Below the pieces are notes generated by a model. The model searched no databases and had not been told where the DNA came from. It was given only the letters and a program-made list of their open reading frames with translations. The translations under genes and the position numbers were made by a program. 64,000 nucleotides of DNA from Octopus sinensis (Eukaryota): assembly GCF_006345805.1 (NCBI RefSeq), contig NC_042998.1, positions 158,472,001-158,536,000 on the forward strand. Direction: 5' to 3'. This document shows, one piece after another, positions 10,606-25,309 of this stretch (positions within the stretch are counted from its first letter, which is position 1; the number at the start of each line of letters is the position of its first letter).

Positions 10606-10934
10606 AATACCATTATTAGATTATGTGCATTCTTTAATTCACAATACATAGTAGATGGAAAATACCACATAAAATATAGTCACTCTTATTTTACCAGAGA
10701 ATTGTGTATATGGCTGTGTGGAAATATCCAAACACTTCATACGTTAATTTAAAGAGCAGATTGTTCAGTTGAGCGAACGACTGATTGCGTAAATGCTAAA
10801 ATCGATAGGAGAGTCCTGATACCTCGATGAATGTGTATCGTGATTCTTCTTGTTTCCCCAGAAAGTTATGGCAAAATTGCTCAAGAGTCAGCTCAGATAT
10901 TGCGTAGATCTTCGATCAAATGTGTTCCAGGTCT

Positions 10935-11104
10935 GCGAGCTGGCAGAGTCGTTAGGACGCCGGGCGAAATGCCTAGTGGTATTTCGTCTACCGTTACGTT
11001 CTGTGTTCAAATTCTGGCGAGGTCGACTTTGCCTTTCATCCTTTTGAAGTCGATAAATTAATTACCAGTTGTGTATTTCGTGCCTTGTGCCTAGAGTAGA
11101 AAAA
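10935..11104 (+). mobile_element. SINE family A copy
   Basis: gcgagctggcagagtcgttaggacgccgggcgaaatgcc...gaggtcgactttgcctttcatcc...cctagagtagaaaa. Confidence 0.85.
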
Positions 11105-11289
11105 ATGTGCTCTTCTTTTTTAAAAGCATAGGCTGCAATTTGAGTGAGATCTGGTAGGTATTTCTAGCAAGTCCAACGATAATGCAGAGCGTCCCTAGTA
11201 TGTTTCGGTCTACAAAACTTTAGAATCGACGAAATGTTACTTTTCATTTGTTTTTTCTGAAAAAGACGGTGGTTTTACAGAATCAAAAA

Positions 11290-11420
11290 AGTATTGAACA
11301 AAATGGTATGCAGCATTTGCTCTGACTTTTACCAACAGAGTTCGAATTCTGTCCATGTAAGTTTCGCCATTCATCCTTCCGATGTCGATAAAATAAAGTA
11401 CCATACGTATACTAGTTTCG
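11290..11420 (-). mobile_element. SINE family A copy (old)
   Basis: Degenerate match gttcgaattc...cattcatccttccgatgtcgataaaataaagtacc; note this core text is read on the plus strand, so the strand call is uncertain. Confidence 0.45.
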
Positions 11421-13442
11421 ATATAATCGATTGTTCTCATTTGAAAGAGTTTCTGGCCTTGTGTTTATGTCAGAAATTATTATTTCTTCTCGTATTAAAT
11501 AAAAGTTACCAACAAACATGAGTATATCAGCATATTCTAAATCTGATATTATCAAGTTATTCATGAACGTCACCAGTCATACAGATTAATGAGTGATACA
11601 GCTGATGTCCAGTTTGAGCTTCTGTATGTCAATTTCGTCAAGAAAACGTAGGTGGGAAAGGAATTTGTAATTCCTTCCCCACCCACGAGGCTCTGAGTTA
11701 TATAGGTTTAGAAGGTGAAATGTTTAGGTGAAACATAGTGTGAGGGATGGCTACAGGAAAGTTGGATAAGACGAATGAACTTGAATCTATAGAGTATTCA
11801 GTTAATTAGCTCTGTGGAGAAGAGGCCGCTATAATAGTGATATGATAGATCAGGAAGTGTGTTTAACAAACGTGTATCAAACGTATTCGCTATAATGGTA
11901 GTGACTGAATAATTGTGAGTTCAACATTTAGCTTATTTAATGTTTAATGTATTACTGAATTCCACCTCAGTCCCCTAATCACTGAGAACAAGTTTGGAGT
12001 CTATGTGACAATTTTGTATTTCCAAAGAATATTAACGACGTAAATTTATCCTAATATTGTTTTCATTATCAGCGATATCTATTCAACGCTTAACCCTTTA
12101 CTTGTCCTGTGCATCACGTGTGATACATGTGACACATGTGATACATGTGATAAATGTGACATATTTCCCTGGCGTCTATGCATAATATATGATACACATT
12201 CCCGTTCTTTCGACCATCAGAGTAAGTTGGGTGTTAAGAAAGGAAAAGTTTGTTACTTATGAATGTATGGAATAAGGTCTAAATAAGTTCGAGAACAAGC
12301 ATGGACGTTTGGGACAAATTTATGAAAATGGTTTGAACAGAAGGATTAAAGCCTTCTGTACATAGTGATGGTCTTCAATATTTTTCCCAAGAGTAATATC
12401 AGCATAGATAGATGGAAATTACACCAAACGTCAACCAAACTATTTTTTAGAAACTATAAACCCTCATATGACTATTACTTTATATTATTAATAATATGTT
12501 TTACATAATCACAAATATATCTATAGAAAAAGAGATTCAGGGTGTTAGTAGTCTGCCACACTCAAATAAATAAGCTACGAGAGCGCAGTGAAACAATATT
12601 CTGTAATACAGTACCCGCTTCTTGAAGATATTGCCAAGAGAAGGAATTCTGTCTCTCAGCTGAAACTTTTCAATGAATTTGGTCAGTATTTGGCCTTTGA
12701 GTTTCATTTCAATCACACTATCTGCTGTTTATGAAGGAAATCTTTCACTGTCACCAATTAAGTACCAAATCACAAAAACAGATAGTATAAACATAAAAAC
12801 ATTAATCTATCAAAATTGTTGATTGGTTTTCTAAAGAATTTTCTGTCAGTTTTTTTCTATGCATTTTTTTTTACATATTTTGTTTGAGTTTTCTCTCGTG
12901 CTATGTACATCAGATGTGACATCATACTGAATTCATAGTGACATTACCACAACTTAATTTGTGTATTTGCCATCAACTGGCAAATGGAAAAAGTGCCTAC
13001 TGTTTTCACAAAGCGATAAGTTGTTATCAACGCAATATGTGTGTTCTTTTCGGTTCGTAACCCTCAACTCGAATTTATCGCCAGCATTTTTAACCTTGCA
13101 GTCGACATTATAAAGACAGCACACTGTGCGATTACCTGACTGTCTTATGCAACACGTGAAGAGTTCATCTGTAGCGAACAACGGGAGATCGCAACGGATA
13201 TAAAAAGCCAGATCCGTCATTTAAAATGGAAAGTGATAAAATGAGGCGTTAGCCCATCCATCCATACCAGCTGCTCCTAACTCTGTTTTCCATTTCTCGT
13301 TCACATTCAATTTTTTTTTCAATTTCTTTACTCCTATCTGTCCATTCTATCAATCTATCTAGCTATCTTTCTTTCTCTCTGCATACACACACACACACAT
13401 ACACGCACACGCATACATATGTGTATGTGTGCATGTATATAT

Positions 13443-13484
<42 letters not shown>

Positions 13485-13512
13485 AACATACATATATATA
13501 CAAACACACACA

Positions 13513-13553
<41 letters not shown>

Positions 13554-16500
13554 TACATGCATATATATATTTATATATGTACATTACAAGCATATATATG
13601 TTTGTGAGTGTGTGTGTGCCTGTCTACACCGTTTCTCTTTCTCTCTTTCTCTCTCTCTCTCTGTCCCTGTATGTCTGTCTCGCTCTCTTTCTCTCTCTTC
13701 CACTTTATCTCTCTTTTGAAAATCTGTTTAGATTGCATATTTTATTTCCCCTCCCTTAATGTATGTCTCGTTGTGTATATGTCATTAGGTATTTCCTACC
13801 CTCAGTTCCCACTTACCCATCAACATCTCTATATTTCTCATTCACGCGCGCGCGCGCGTGTGTGTGGAATGAAATCCTTATCTAGCTAACTTTATCTCTC
13901 TCTATCTACATATTTATGCATACACACACACAGATACACATACACACACATATCCGACTAACTATTTGCTGTCTTCATAATCTATTCCTAAATTCTCCAT
14001 ACATCGACAACTTAATCAGCAATGGGCCGTAAATGACGTCACTAACATTCTAGAGGTTATGCTCGCAGCCTGATCTCTGCACTCATTCGATGACAGTTCC
14101 CGTGATTTAGCTGACCCCGAGGTCATTCACAACTCAGTTACCAACGAGCACCTGCTGTGTCATCTTCAATTGGAAGATACGTGTAATCATGCAGTGATTG
14201 AGCTAAGGTAAAAGCACACTGCGATGCACAGTGCTCACTCATTGAATTCCTGGATAGTATCAAACAAGTAAGAAATACACTGGAGAAATGCGAAGTGACG
14301 TCTTGTCGACGCTGTAAGTTACTGGGCGGCCGTTAATTAATTTCTCTGCACGTCCTTTGCACAACAAAAGATGGTTTGACGGAGTGGATGTAAGAGAGTT
14401 GGGGAATGGGTGGTGCTCAGTATGAGAATTGTAGCTCGATTCTCAAAGCTCTGTGTTCTAAACTACCAAACTACGTGGTGAAACATGACAACATTGTTCT
14501 TGTTGTTTAGACTTGCAGCATTTCTTTGTTTGCAGAAAAAGATGATAACGCATTCTGGCTTGATGGTGACAGCTTCATCCAATGGCTATTAGCTTTTTGA
14601 AAGGTAATCAACTATCTAAATTTTGCGTGTCGAAGCGGGGGTAGTTTGGCGGCGGAAATATATGAACAGAAATAAAGCAAAAGAACACATTTTAATGAAA
14701 AATGAAGATGGGGAAGACATAGAAGTGGAAAGAGGCAAGTAAAATTAAGAAATTGAAAAGGAAATGGTGTTTGTTTTCGACGCGTTTAAAGAGTTAAGTG
14801 ACAAAGGAAATAAAAACGGAGGACTGGAGTTTGTGGTTGTGGTGGAGAGTATTGTGAATATGAAAGTAAATATCTGTGGAGATAAGAATTGTGGTTTTTC
14901 TTCAATGTGAACTTATAATAGGAGAAATCACCTAATTGAGGTTTTCAAGAGAAAGATAAATCCAGAGAGAATATAGATTCTTAGAAATTAATGTATGTGG
15001 TAAAGAATGGATAATTATAGAAGAAGCGGCAGAGTGAAAGAGTGATGAAGTGTAGGAATGAGAAAAGGAAGAAAAAGAACATTGCTGACAAAATTGTTTG
15101 GCGATTTATAAATAAATAAATATATAAATAAGAGACAAATGAAAGAAAAAAGACACTCGTTAATTACATACATACACTCATACACACTCATATACATTAT
15201 TACATGCACAAACACACACTCCTACACATCTGGACACATACTTACCCCTGTACACACACATATATGCACATAATCACTTATTCTAATATTCTCTCTTTCA
15301 AACACGCACACACTTATACTCTGAAATATTCGCATATGTACTCGCATACACGCACACACACTTATGCACTCGCACATACGCACGATATATACATTTAAAG
15401 GAAGATTAATCATATTTTTAAATCTCTCAAATGATCAGTTTTCAAATCTAAACCCCAATTTACAACTTGCACGGTATTAAACTGTGTCTATTTTACATAC
15501 TGATATCAGTTACATCAAATTCTATTTGTTTGATAATTTAGTTCATTTGTTTGATAATTTATTTAATTGTTTGTTACAGCAAAGTGCGTTAATGCTAATT
15601 TGGCTAGTGTTAATGACGTCATATTATTATTGTTTCGCCCAAGGACACCCTAAAACTGCAAACCGAAGGTCAATTGCGTTTGTTAAAAGGAATTAAGGAG
15701 TTCTGACATTCCCCTCTATATTTCAGACAACGTATCTGAGACTATATTATCCAATGTGTCCTTTCTTTTTCAAATCAGTAGAATTTGATATCCTAAAGAA
15801 ATTATATATATCATTTTTTCCTCGCTGCTTTCGCAGATTCCCATCACCCTTAGTCACCATCCAGTTCCATTTGAATTCGGGGCTTGTGCCACAGTAAATC
15901 TTTCATTTGTTGATCTCACAACCCTATGAATGCGTTGTAATTACTCTCTTGATAGAGCTTGGTGATCTTGACCGTTGATCTAATAGGATTTCTCCACTCA
16001 GTATCAGTGTAAGAAGCACCGTTGGCTCAGCTGAGCTCTTCTGATACCTCTTCATAATCTACAATGCTGCAATCCCATGACTTTGCCGTATCCGTAGCAG
16101 GGTGGCTGAACGAGTGCTATGACGTGCCAAAGAGCAATCCGTAACAATGCAGGGTGCGGCCATCACTTCGTGAGGTATTTTCAGTATACTCGCAATGTAT
16201 ATAGATCTATAATTTTAACATTATGCTGTTTTAATTTCATGAACTTTTAGTACAACGTAATTTTAATATTGTGCATCTTTAGTACCATGCTTTTGTAATA
16301 GCATGCAGTTTTATTTTTATACTATTTTATTGTTATGTTGTTTTAGTACTATGCAGTGTTTTGTGCCATGCAGTTTTAATACTACTGTAATGGTCATATC
16401 ATTTAGGTCGATATTTCAATATATATCCCTCCACCATACTGAATCTACTTCAACTGGAATATGTTTGTTAGTATTGCTCACTCAGGGTTGTCACGGCCTA

Positions 16501-19167
16501 AACTACTGTCAATATCATCATCATCACCATTATCATCAGCATTATTATCATCATCGTCCTCCTCCACCTCATCATTTTTATGTTTTATAAAACCATTCTG
16601 GATGTGTCCTTTGGAAATCTTCATTTCCTGAGCCATGTAAAGTCACTGAGTTAGCATTGAAGGATCCCTACTAGGCGTCTATCATCAACAACTTATGATA
16701 TACTGGACACTGTGATGTAAGCATGATCTAAATTTCCTATAACGGACTTCTTTTATACATTCTTGTTGATTCTCAGAGTAAATGAACTGTTCCTGTATTG
16801 TTCAGATGGTAGAATACTTCTATACGAGTTCCATGTAGCAATACGAACTCGAAATGCTGGTTGATCTTAGTTTCAAAAACAACTCCCAACGATAAGTCTG
16901 ATTTCTCGTGTGTACGTCATGAATTCGTTCCAGATTATCAGTGAAATACCACTAAAGTTGTTCAGAACAGAGCTTCCTGGACCCCAATCAGCATAATCGT
17001 TGTAGTCTATTTCAGGATCTAAACTACAGTTAGCAAGAAGAGAATGAAGTCAGTGATACCTTAATCTAATATCAAGGCAATGAGAAAAACGTTTGTGGGG
17101 GTCACCTGATCTGTAACATATAGCAGGTGAATCTCAAATCACGCCATACTCTCTTTAAAAGCGAGTGGTGGATATTAGATGATAATATGGTCCTAGATAA
17201 TCTCATCTCTTTAGTGCAAGACTAGATGGTTATGTCTGGAATATCTTCAATACTATCGTCTTAGAAGACAATATTGTATCTAAAAACAGCTACAACAATA
17301 ATTACATTATAATGAGCTTGAATCAACAAGAAATTTTCTAATTCACTTGATCTGCTGGAAACAACAATAAATTTCCTTCATATTACATACTGCTATTTTA
17401 CAATAGGAGGAACATATTGAACCAAGTATAGGCATTCATCAACTTACATCAATGATTGGTTCCATGACATGCGACTTCACTTGGAAAACGATGTGACATG
17501 AAAAATCATTCAAAACATCTATTAGGCTGTGTGTTTTAATAATTGATTTTTATATATCTTCACATGCTTTTTTTTATTTGTTTTCCATTCATTTCAGTGT
17601 TGGTTTTAAATTGGTACTTTTTTTTTAATTATTATGCCTTTAAATATGTACCCTGAGACCGATGTAAAGATGAATAAATCGACTGAGGTTAAAGTTTATT
17701 TATTAAAAAGAATGACGTAATGTACGAAATGTCATGACTCGAAACAACCTAGTTTAGGTATGCCTGAATTTTAAAGTAGCCTAAAAGTAAGTATAAGACC
17801 TTTACGACTGAAACCATTTTTGACTGATTGACCCTTAGACCTAGCTCTGAATGCGAACAGTAACAATCAGCCATCCAGGAAGCGCTAGCTTGGCGTTCTC
17901 TTTCCTAAAATTTATTGGGTAAATTAATGAACTTGTTGGAGATCTTGTAATCTTAGAAAAGGGGTTATAGATGGGTGTATAGGTGATTATCGTGAGTTCA
18001 AGTTTTATGAGGTGTGAAAAATCAGGCGGTTTAAGACCTTGATCTTCGTTACAGAGTGAGCAAGGGACAGGAAGTAGTGTTGTTAATTTGGCTGTGAGTT
18101 TGGTTCCCTTGGCAAACTTCTAAAATGCACCGATATAATCCATAAGATAAATAACTAAACGAATTCCAGGCGAACCATTATTCTACGATAATCTACGTGT
18201 CGCTGTCTTCTATTTAGTGGAAACGTACTAATCGTTTAGAAAGATATAGTTGTATAAAGTTCACGATTCACTCTAATTTTATCGACCGTGAGAGCATTTG
18301 AACTACGTGTCTAATCGCTACATTTTCTGCTATTCTATCACTCGTTTGTAAGATATATATCGCTGAAAAATCTTTTGGTTCATTCTTTTGATTTTCAAAT
18401 CTATCATGGAGAGGTTTGTCTGAAACGGTGTTGATGTGGATGTATATATCTACCTAAGTATGTATATGTTTAAGTATGTTCATATACTTGTATGTATGTA
18501 TGTATGTATGTATGTATGTATGTATGTATGTATGTATGTATGTATGTATGTATGTGTGTGTGTATGTGTATGTATGAATGTATGTATGTATGTATGTATG
18601 TATGTATGTATGTATGTATGTATGTATGTATGTATGTATGTATGTATGTATGAAGTGATAGTAATGAAATATTTTCTCTTGTTTAATCACACATGACTTC
18701 AGTCAGATGTCAAGATTCTCTTTTCAAAACTTATTAAAGCCTGTACACTATTTTAATTTTCTTCCATTCAGTCGCAACCATTCATTTAGTTTGTAACAAA
18801 CACAAAGAAAGCAATGAGTAGATTTTGAAGAGCAGATAGAGAGAAAAAATATCTTGACGTACTATATCGTCAAGATTTATCTGTATTTTTCGAACTTATC
18901 AGTAAACAACACATTTCTTCAGTACTATCAATCACTGCTGCACTTAACGTTGTGGTTGTTATTATTGCTGCCAATATTATGGCTATTGGTGTTGTTCTTG
19001 TTCTTAGTGAATTGGTTATTTTTGTTTTCTTTTAAAACAATTCAAGTCCTGCTCTCTTCATCAATCTTTCTAGAAGTGAGGTTTCACCATATTAAGTCTG
19101 TATTTTACAGTCACAACCTCAATACATTCAAAGTGAGGCAATCTCCGAAACAGGGAAACATTCATAG

Positions 19168-19199
<32 letters not shown>

Positions 19200-20940
19200 A
19201 TATATACATATATATATGTACATATAGATATAGATATCATATACATATATATACATATACATATACATATACATATATATATATACATATATATATATTT
19301 GTATATATATATATATATATATATACATATATATATGTACATATAGATATAGATATCATATACATATATACGAGTGTGTGCATGCATCAAAGTATGTGTT
19401 TGTGCATGTCATTGCGTGCATTCATTGGTGTATTTACATGTATTATGTTCACAGTAAAGAAAGTTTTTATTAAAAAAGTTTCATTAGTCCTTGCAAGAAG
19501 ATGAAAAAACTTTTTTTGGCTCAAAATTTGCTTTTGTAGTACAAAAAAAGAAGGCTGAAAAGTTTGCCAATTGCAGATGAATGACCACACTCTTCTTTCC
19601 TCTTTTTTTTCTTTATCGCACTTTTTTTGTGATAAGGAATTTTAAATTCGAAATATTGAACAAGCTAAGAATGTAATCATTTTTCCTTTGTTAGTTCGGA
19701 TTTGATTGTATTTACGCTCCTTTTTTTCCACCCTCCATATACATATAGTGTTTCTGTTCTTCTAAATATAAGCGTCCCAATTGTTGTTATTATTTCTGTA
19801 GGTAATTATAATTTCGTTTTTAAAAATTCCGAATATCTACTAGACAAATTTCATGAACTTTGTGGATAAGATGATTTAAATTATATTATTTCTATGAAAG
19901 CTTACTTATTAATATGTTAACTAGGCATAGTTTTGACCTGGTTGGATACTGTCAGGTTCCTACTTGTTTTCCCACTCAGACTCGTAACAAATATATATGT
20001 CACAATACAGGATAATCTGATGGGATAGATGTTTGTTTTAGAGAAAGATTAAGAATACTTTCGTATATAAATAGAATTGATTAATTTATATAATCAATGC
20101 TGTAAATAACTCATATATTCCCCAGGTAATAATTGCCAAAAATTATTGACTAATACATAATTAATTTGACAAAGGAATATTTGAGGGTTTGAGCTGAAGA
20201 TGATGGGAACTTATATGTGACTTTGGTTGAGAAACCAGTATGAGGTCGTTTGATGGTTACGACTCAAAAATTGTTCGAAGTTATAAGAAACATCTCAAGA
20301 ATATTTCAAGAGTCAAAATAACCTTCTTACAGTTAGTATTGTTGTAAAGTATTTTGTTTAGAAAATGATATTAGGTATTGGATGAAAATACTGTATATTC
20401 GAATTCTACCTGTTCCTATTACATCTAAATTCGATATTGCAATCTTTGGATTGTGAAATTTGGTATTCTAATTTTTCACTACGAATTTTTTTAAGAACTA
20501 ACAGTTTCATTACAAATTGATTCATTTAATCGCAGGTGCCGACTCAGTTCTCTGACAATGTGTTAAGTACCTTCTGTTGATTCACTTCATAATGATTTTT
20601 ACCTATACACTTAAACTAGGAGAGTGATGGAAACAGCAAGATTTCTTTGGTGTGATACATTACAAGTTCATATCTTCTTTGTTGAAGACACAATGTTTTG
20701 ATGTTATTCTTGTAGTGTGTGCAGTGAAGAACAGTATCACCTGCTAAAATTATACATACATAAATACATACATAAATACATACATGCATGCATGCATGCA
20801 TACTTACATACATAGATACATAGATATATACATACATACATACATACATACATGCATGCATACATACATACATACATACATACATACATACATACATACA
20901 TACATACATACATACATACATACATACATACATACATACA

Positions 20941-20976
<36 letters not shown>

Positions 20977-22394
20977 TACAATGGAAGAAAAGTATTGAAT
21001 CTATGAGTGTGTGTATGTGTTATTAATGATTAACTGCAATATGGTAATTTCTTGATTACGTTTAGGAAACTTCAGACAAATGACGCTATAGAATAAGACC
21101 AGGTGATTATATGCTAATCATGACTGGGTAGTATCAAATAGAATGGCTCGTAGATATTAAATAGATAATTTGTGTTAAAAGTATATATATTGAAGAAAAT
21201 GTACAATCATATCAAATATTGTACACGTTTTATATTTTATATTACCAAATAGATTACTTACTAATTTCATAAATGTGTATTCCATTCATTCATTATAATA
21301 AATTTAATCTAATCAAATATTTATTATTCTTGATACAGTTCACTTTGCGAATTACCAGACTATAGTCACTAGCTACGACACAATTTCTAAGTTTGCTTTC
21401 ACTAATATTTTTTGCACTCAATGTTTATCAGGAAATATAAAACCAGGGTCGTATGATTGACCGAAGTGATGCATATTCGATATGAAATTTCAGATGAAAA
21501 CATCTTTATTGTAAGATAAACACATAACAGCTATTTTGATTTGAACTAAATTTTCTTTTGTGATATATATTCTCTAGTTTGCAGCTGAGAACAACTAACA
21601 GACAACATTCGTATATTAGTTCTAAGTAGAATAATTTATATTATCTGAAGCCATTACTTGTCGGCATTTCTTTTTATATTCAGCCTTTCAGCCTTTCAAC
21701 CTTTCTCTAATATTTCTCATTGCGCTTTTATCATCATCATTGATAACTTGCAAAACTTCACAACTATATGATAGTGTTAGACTTTAATAGACACATCATA
21801 CTTGGCATCTTTGATCATCTATATTCAAGAGACGATAGCAGTTACCTTCTGAGTTGTAAATTCCCCCACATATTTTATAGCCAAACCATATTATGATATA
21901 AATTACTCTCACCTTAATACCACTCATACTTGTAAGAGCTGCGATCGTGTTGAGAAACACATTTAACCAACTTTCAATTAATTTACCTTATTGATTATTC
22001 AAATTGTAGTATTCAAATATTCCTGAACATTTGAACAGAGCCATTTGAGAGTTAAGTGTCTTGGCCACGAACACATAAGAGTGCCGATGACATAAAATGA
22101 ACCGTTGACCTTATGCTTTATCTAAAACCTCATCGAATCTCCAAGATGTGACTGACATATCTATTTACTCTAGCATTTCATTAGTAGATGTATTAATTAC
22201 TCAATTCTTTTTTCTTTGTGATATATCAATGAGCATAATCAGTTATATAATTTATATCATTTTATAGGTGCTTGAAATCTGAATATATTGTTTTCATACA
22301 AAAATCAGCTTTGAGTAAGATTTTTTGGTGTTTGTATACATGTGTGTGTGTCTATCTGTCTGTCTTTGTGTCTGTGTGTGTGTCTGTGTATGTG

Positions 22395-22555
22395 TGTTTT
22401 AAGAAGCTTGCTTCCTGACCACATGGTTTCCAGTTGAGTCCTATTGCGTAACACATTGGGCTTTTACTATAGCCCAGGCCCTAGTGAATTTGCTAGGCAT
22501 AAATTAAAAGAAGCCCGTGGCTGAAACAAGATGTATGTGTGTGTTTGTCATTCTA
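22395..22555 (+). mobile_element. CORE-type SINE fragment (family B)
   Basis: aagaagcttgcttcctgaccacatggtttccagttgagtcc...ctatagcccaggcc...aaagaagcccgt. Confidence 0.7.
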
Positions 22556-22720
22556 ATATTATGTAATAAATGTTTGACATATCATTAATGGCCCAACATG
22601 ATCGGTGTAATTTGTCAATGAACATAAAAAGCAGTATAATAGGAATTTAAAATTGTCTCGGTTGATTGTCAGTCAGTATCCAACTATAGAGGATTTACTG
22701 ATTCAGTAAAGTTTATTTAG

Positions 22721-22932
22721 AGGTGGCGAGCTTCCAGAAACGTTTGCACACCGGGTGAAATGCTTAGCAGTATTTAATCTGTCTTTATGTTCTGAGTCCA
22801 AATTCCACCGAGGTCGACTTTGCCTTTCATCGTTTCGGGGTCGATAAATTAAGTACCAGTTGCGTACTGCAGTCGATCCGATCGACTGGCCCCTCCGCCA
22901 AAATATTGGGCCTTGTGCCTAGAGTAGAAAAG
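22721..22932 (+). mobile_element. Full-length SINE family A copy with a 16-bp target-site duplication
   Basis: Direct repeat agtaaagtttatttag at 22705-22720 and 22933-22948 flanks a complete head-core-tail unit. Confidence 0.9.
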
Positions 22933-23240
22933 AGTAAAGTTTATTTAGTACATAACTAAGCTATAGACGATATATCAATGGGATATCAAAGGTGGAAGAT
23001 TTGGCTGGCTGGTGATCTTTTTGACTAATGCTCTTGCATAATGATCGGTGTCTGAAACTCGCAATTATTTTAGCTGAAATATGCTGGATAAGATCCATGT
23101 ATCCCAGTTATTATGGCATTAGTTACTTGAGATTTGTCTTTCGCTTCGGGCACGAAAGCCTATAAAAAATAATTTAGTACATATACGGATTTATTTCAAG
23201 CTAGTTAATTGGTGATAACTGAGAAACTATCTTGAATCAT

Positions 23241-23482
<242 letters not shown>

Positions 23483-23929
23483 GAGTGCTACAGCAACTAG
23501 AGTAAATGAAAAACCTATTTAAGAGTTTCTTGAGGAGTTTGGGTTTTTTTTAATCAAAGAAACCTTTTCAAATATCTCACTGCAGTAAATTTTTACTATA
23601 AAGGAAGAAAACGAATTTTATATGTATTTTAAAAAATCCTATTGATTCGTTTATAGTTGAACTTTTGCAAAATATTATAGTTTGGTATGTTACCAATTAA
23701 CCACTAACGCGTGATCAATCATGTGGAAAAGAAAGAACAATATATGAACACATGACCATAAATAAAGGTCAAATAAAAAGTAATTCTTTTAAGATGATCA
23801 AACTGTTTCAGGTATTGACATCAGACACCGTTTAGAGTAATCGTTTACTTTTGTTGTTGAAGTTGTCGGTACCAGCACCACAACTACCAACATCATCGTC
23901 ATTATTATCAAAAACGTCATTATCATCTA

Positions 23930-25219
23930 CGAGGGGCGTTCAATAAGTAATGCCCCTGACCCACTTCCCATAGAAGTAGAGCAACGAAACTTGGCACAGT
24001 TATTAGTCTTTTTCTACATAGAAACCACCCAGAGTTACGCATTTCTACCATCGTTTGATGCAGCTCTGGAGACCGTTTTTGTAGAAGACCCCAGCTTGAT
24101 CCTCCAACCACGACGTGACGTCAGAAATCAAGGCTGCATCATCTGGGAAACGCTTTCCTTTCAAAAACAACTTCATGGCTGGGAAGAGGTGAAAATCCGA
24201 GGGTGCAAGGTCAAGAGAGTAGGGGCATGGGGGGGAGTTCATAGCCGCACGCCTGTGCTTCTGATCTGGCGACTATCGAGTTGTGGACCGGAGCGTTGTC
24301 CTGCAGGAGGAGGATGCCTTTGCTGATCTTGCCCCGCCTCTTGATTTTGATAGCTTCTCTTAATTTCATCAAAAGTGAAGCATAATAGGCTCCTGTAATT
24401 GTGGTACCCTTTGCAGGAAATCTGTCATCACTACTCCGTCCTGGTCCCAGAAGACTATGAGCATGACCTTGCTAGTGGAGGGCTGCACCCTTGCCTTCTT
24501 TGGAGGAGGTGAGTCACGGTGCTTCCACTGCACTGACTGGGCTTTTGTCTCTGGATCATAGTGATGGACACAGGTTTCATCCTGTGTAATCAGTCTTTTG
24601 AAAAATGTTGACTCATCTTCTTGGCACATCTCCAAATTCATCCTCGAGCACTCGACGCATTCTTGCTTCTGGAAAGGTGTGAGCAACCTGGGAATCCATC
24701 TGGCAGACACCTTTTGCATATGCAAATGGTCATGAATGATTGGTTTCCACAGACCCGGTACTAATCTTGACCTCATGGGCTATTTGCCGAATAGCTATGC
24801 GTCGATCTTCCAAAATGGCAGCCTCAACTTGATGGACAGATGCCTCATCAATAACAGTAGGGGGCGACCAGATCTGGGAGCTGTTTCCACAGGGTTCCGA
24901 CCATGTTTGAATTCACAATACCAGCGTTTTACAAGGTCATATGACGGGGCATCATCACCATAAGTTACTTTCATTTCATCAAAAGTCTCCCGTAGTATGC
25001 GTCCTTTCAAATATAAAAACCGGATCACTGCTCGACACTCAACAGGCTCCATTTCACACTTGACTCAGTTCAAACACCTGTAAATCAGAAACCACAATTA
25101 GTTCAGAGCTGTAATTTACCACTTAATCTATAGAGATATAAATAATTGCACATTCAAAATTTCAGCTAGATCAAACAACTGCAAGTGGGTCGGAGGCATT
25201 ACTTATTGAACGCCCCTCG
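23930..25219 (-). mobile_element. Full-length mariner (DD34D, irritans-like) transposon, 1290 bp, transposase frameshifted
   Basis: TIRs cgaggggcgttcaataagtaatgcc(c/t)c(t/c)gacccact at both ends, flanked by TA. Fragments MEPVECRAVIRFL...RSGRP, KVSARWIPRLLT, ITQDET, KVMLIVFWD, LLQDNAR, YSLDLAPSDFHLF. Confidence 0.97.
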
Positions 25220-25309
25220 TATGTTATCATCATCATCATCGACATCGTCATCCTTTTCCCTCATTATCATGTATTGAATACTTATACCGGGACAAAACTA
25301 GAGATTTGA

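Noticed and set aside
15780-16190. Possible RT relic or tyrosine-recombinase HSTRSA motif on the minus strand
   Set aside because: Only short motif resemblances in stop-ridden frames; insufficient to call.
20190-20245. CUGAAGA...GAAAC CA GUA
   Set aside because: Neither stem I nor stem II pairs.
23795-23830. Minus-strand CUGAUGU...GAAACAGUU
   Set aside because: A9 is missing, there is no GUH and no stems.
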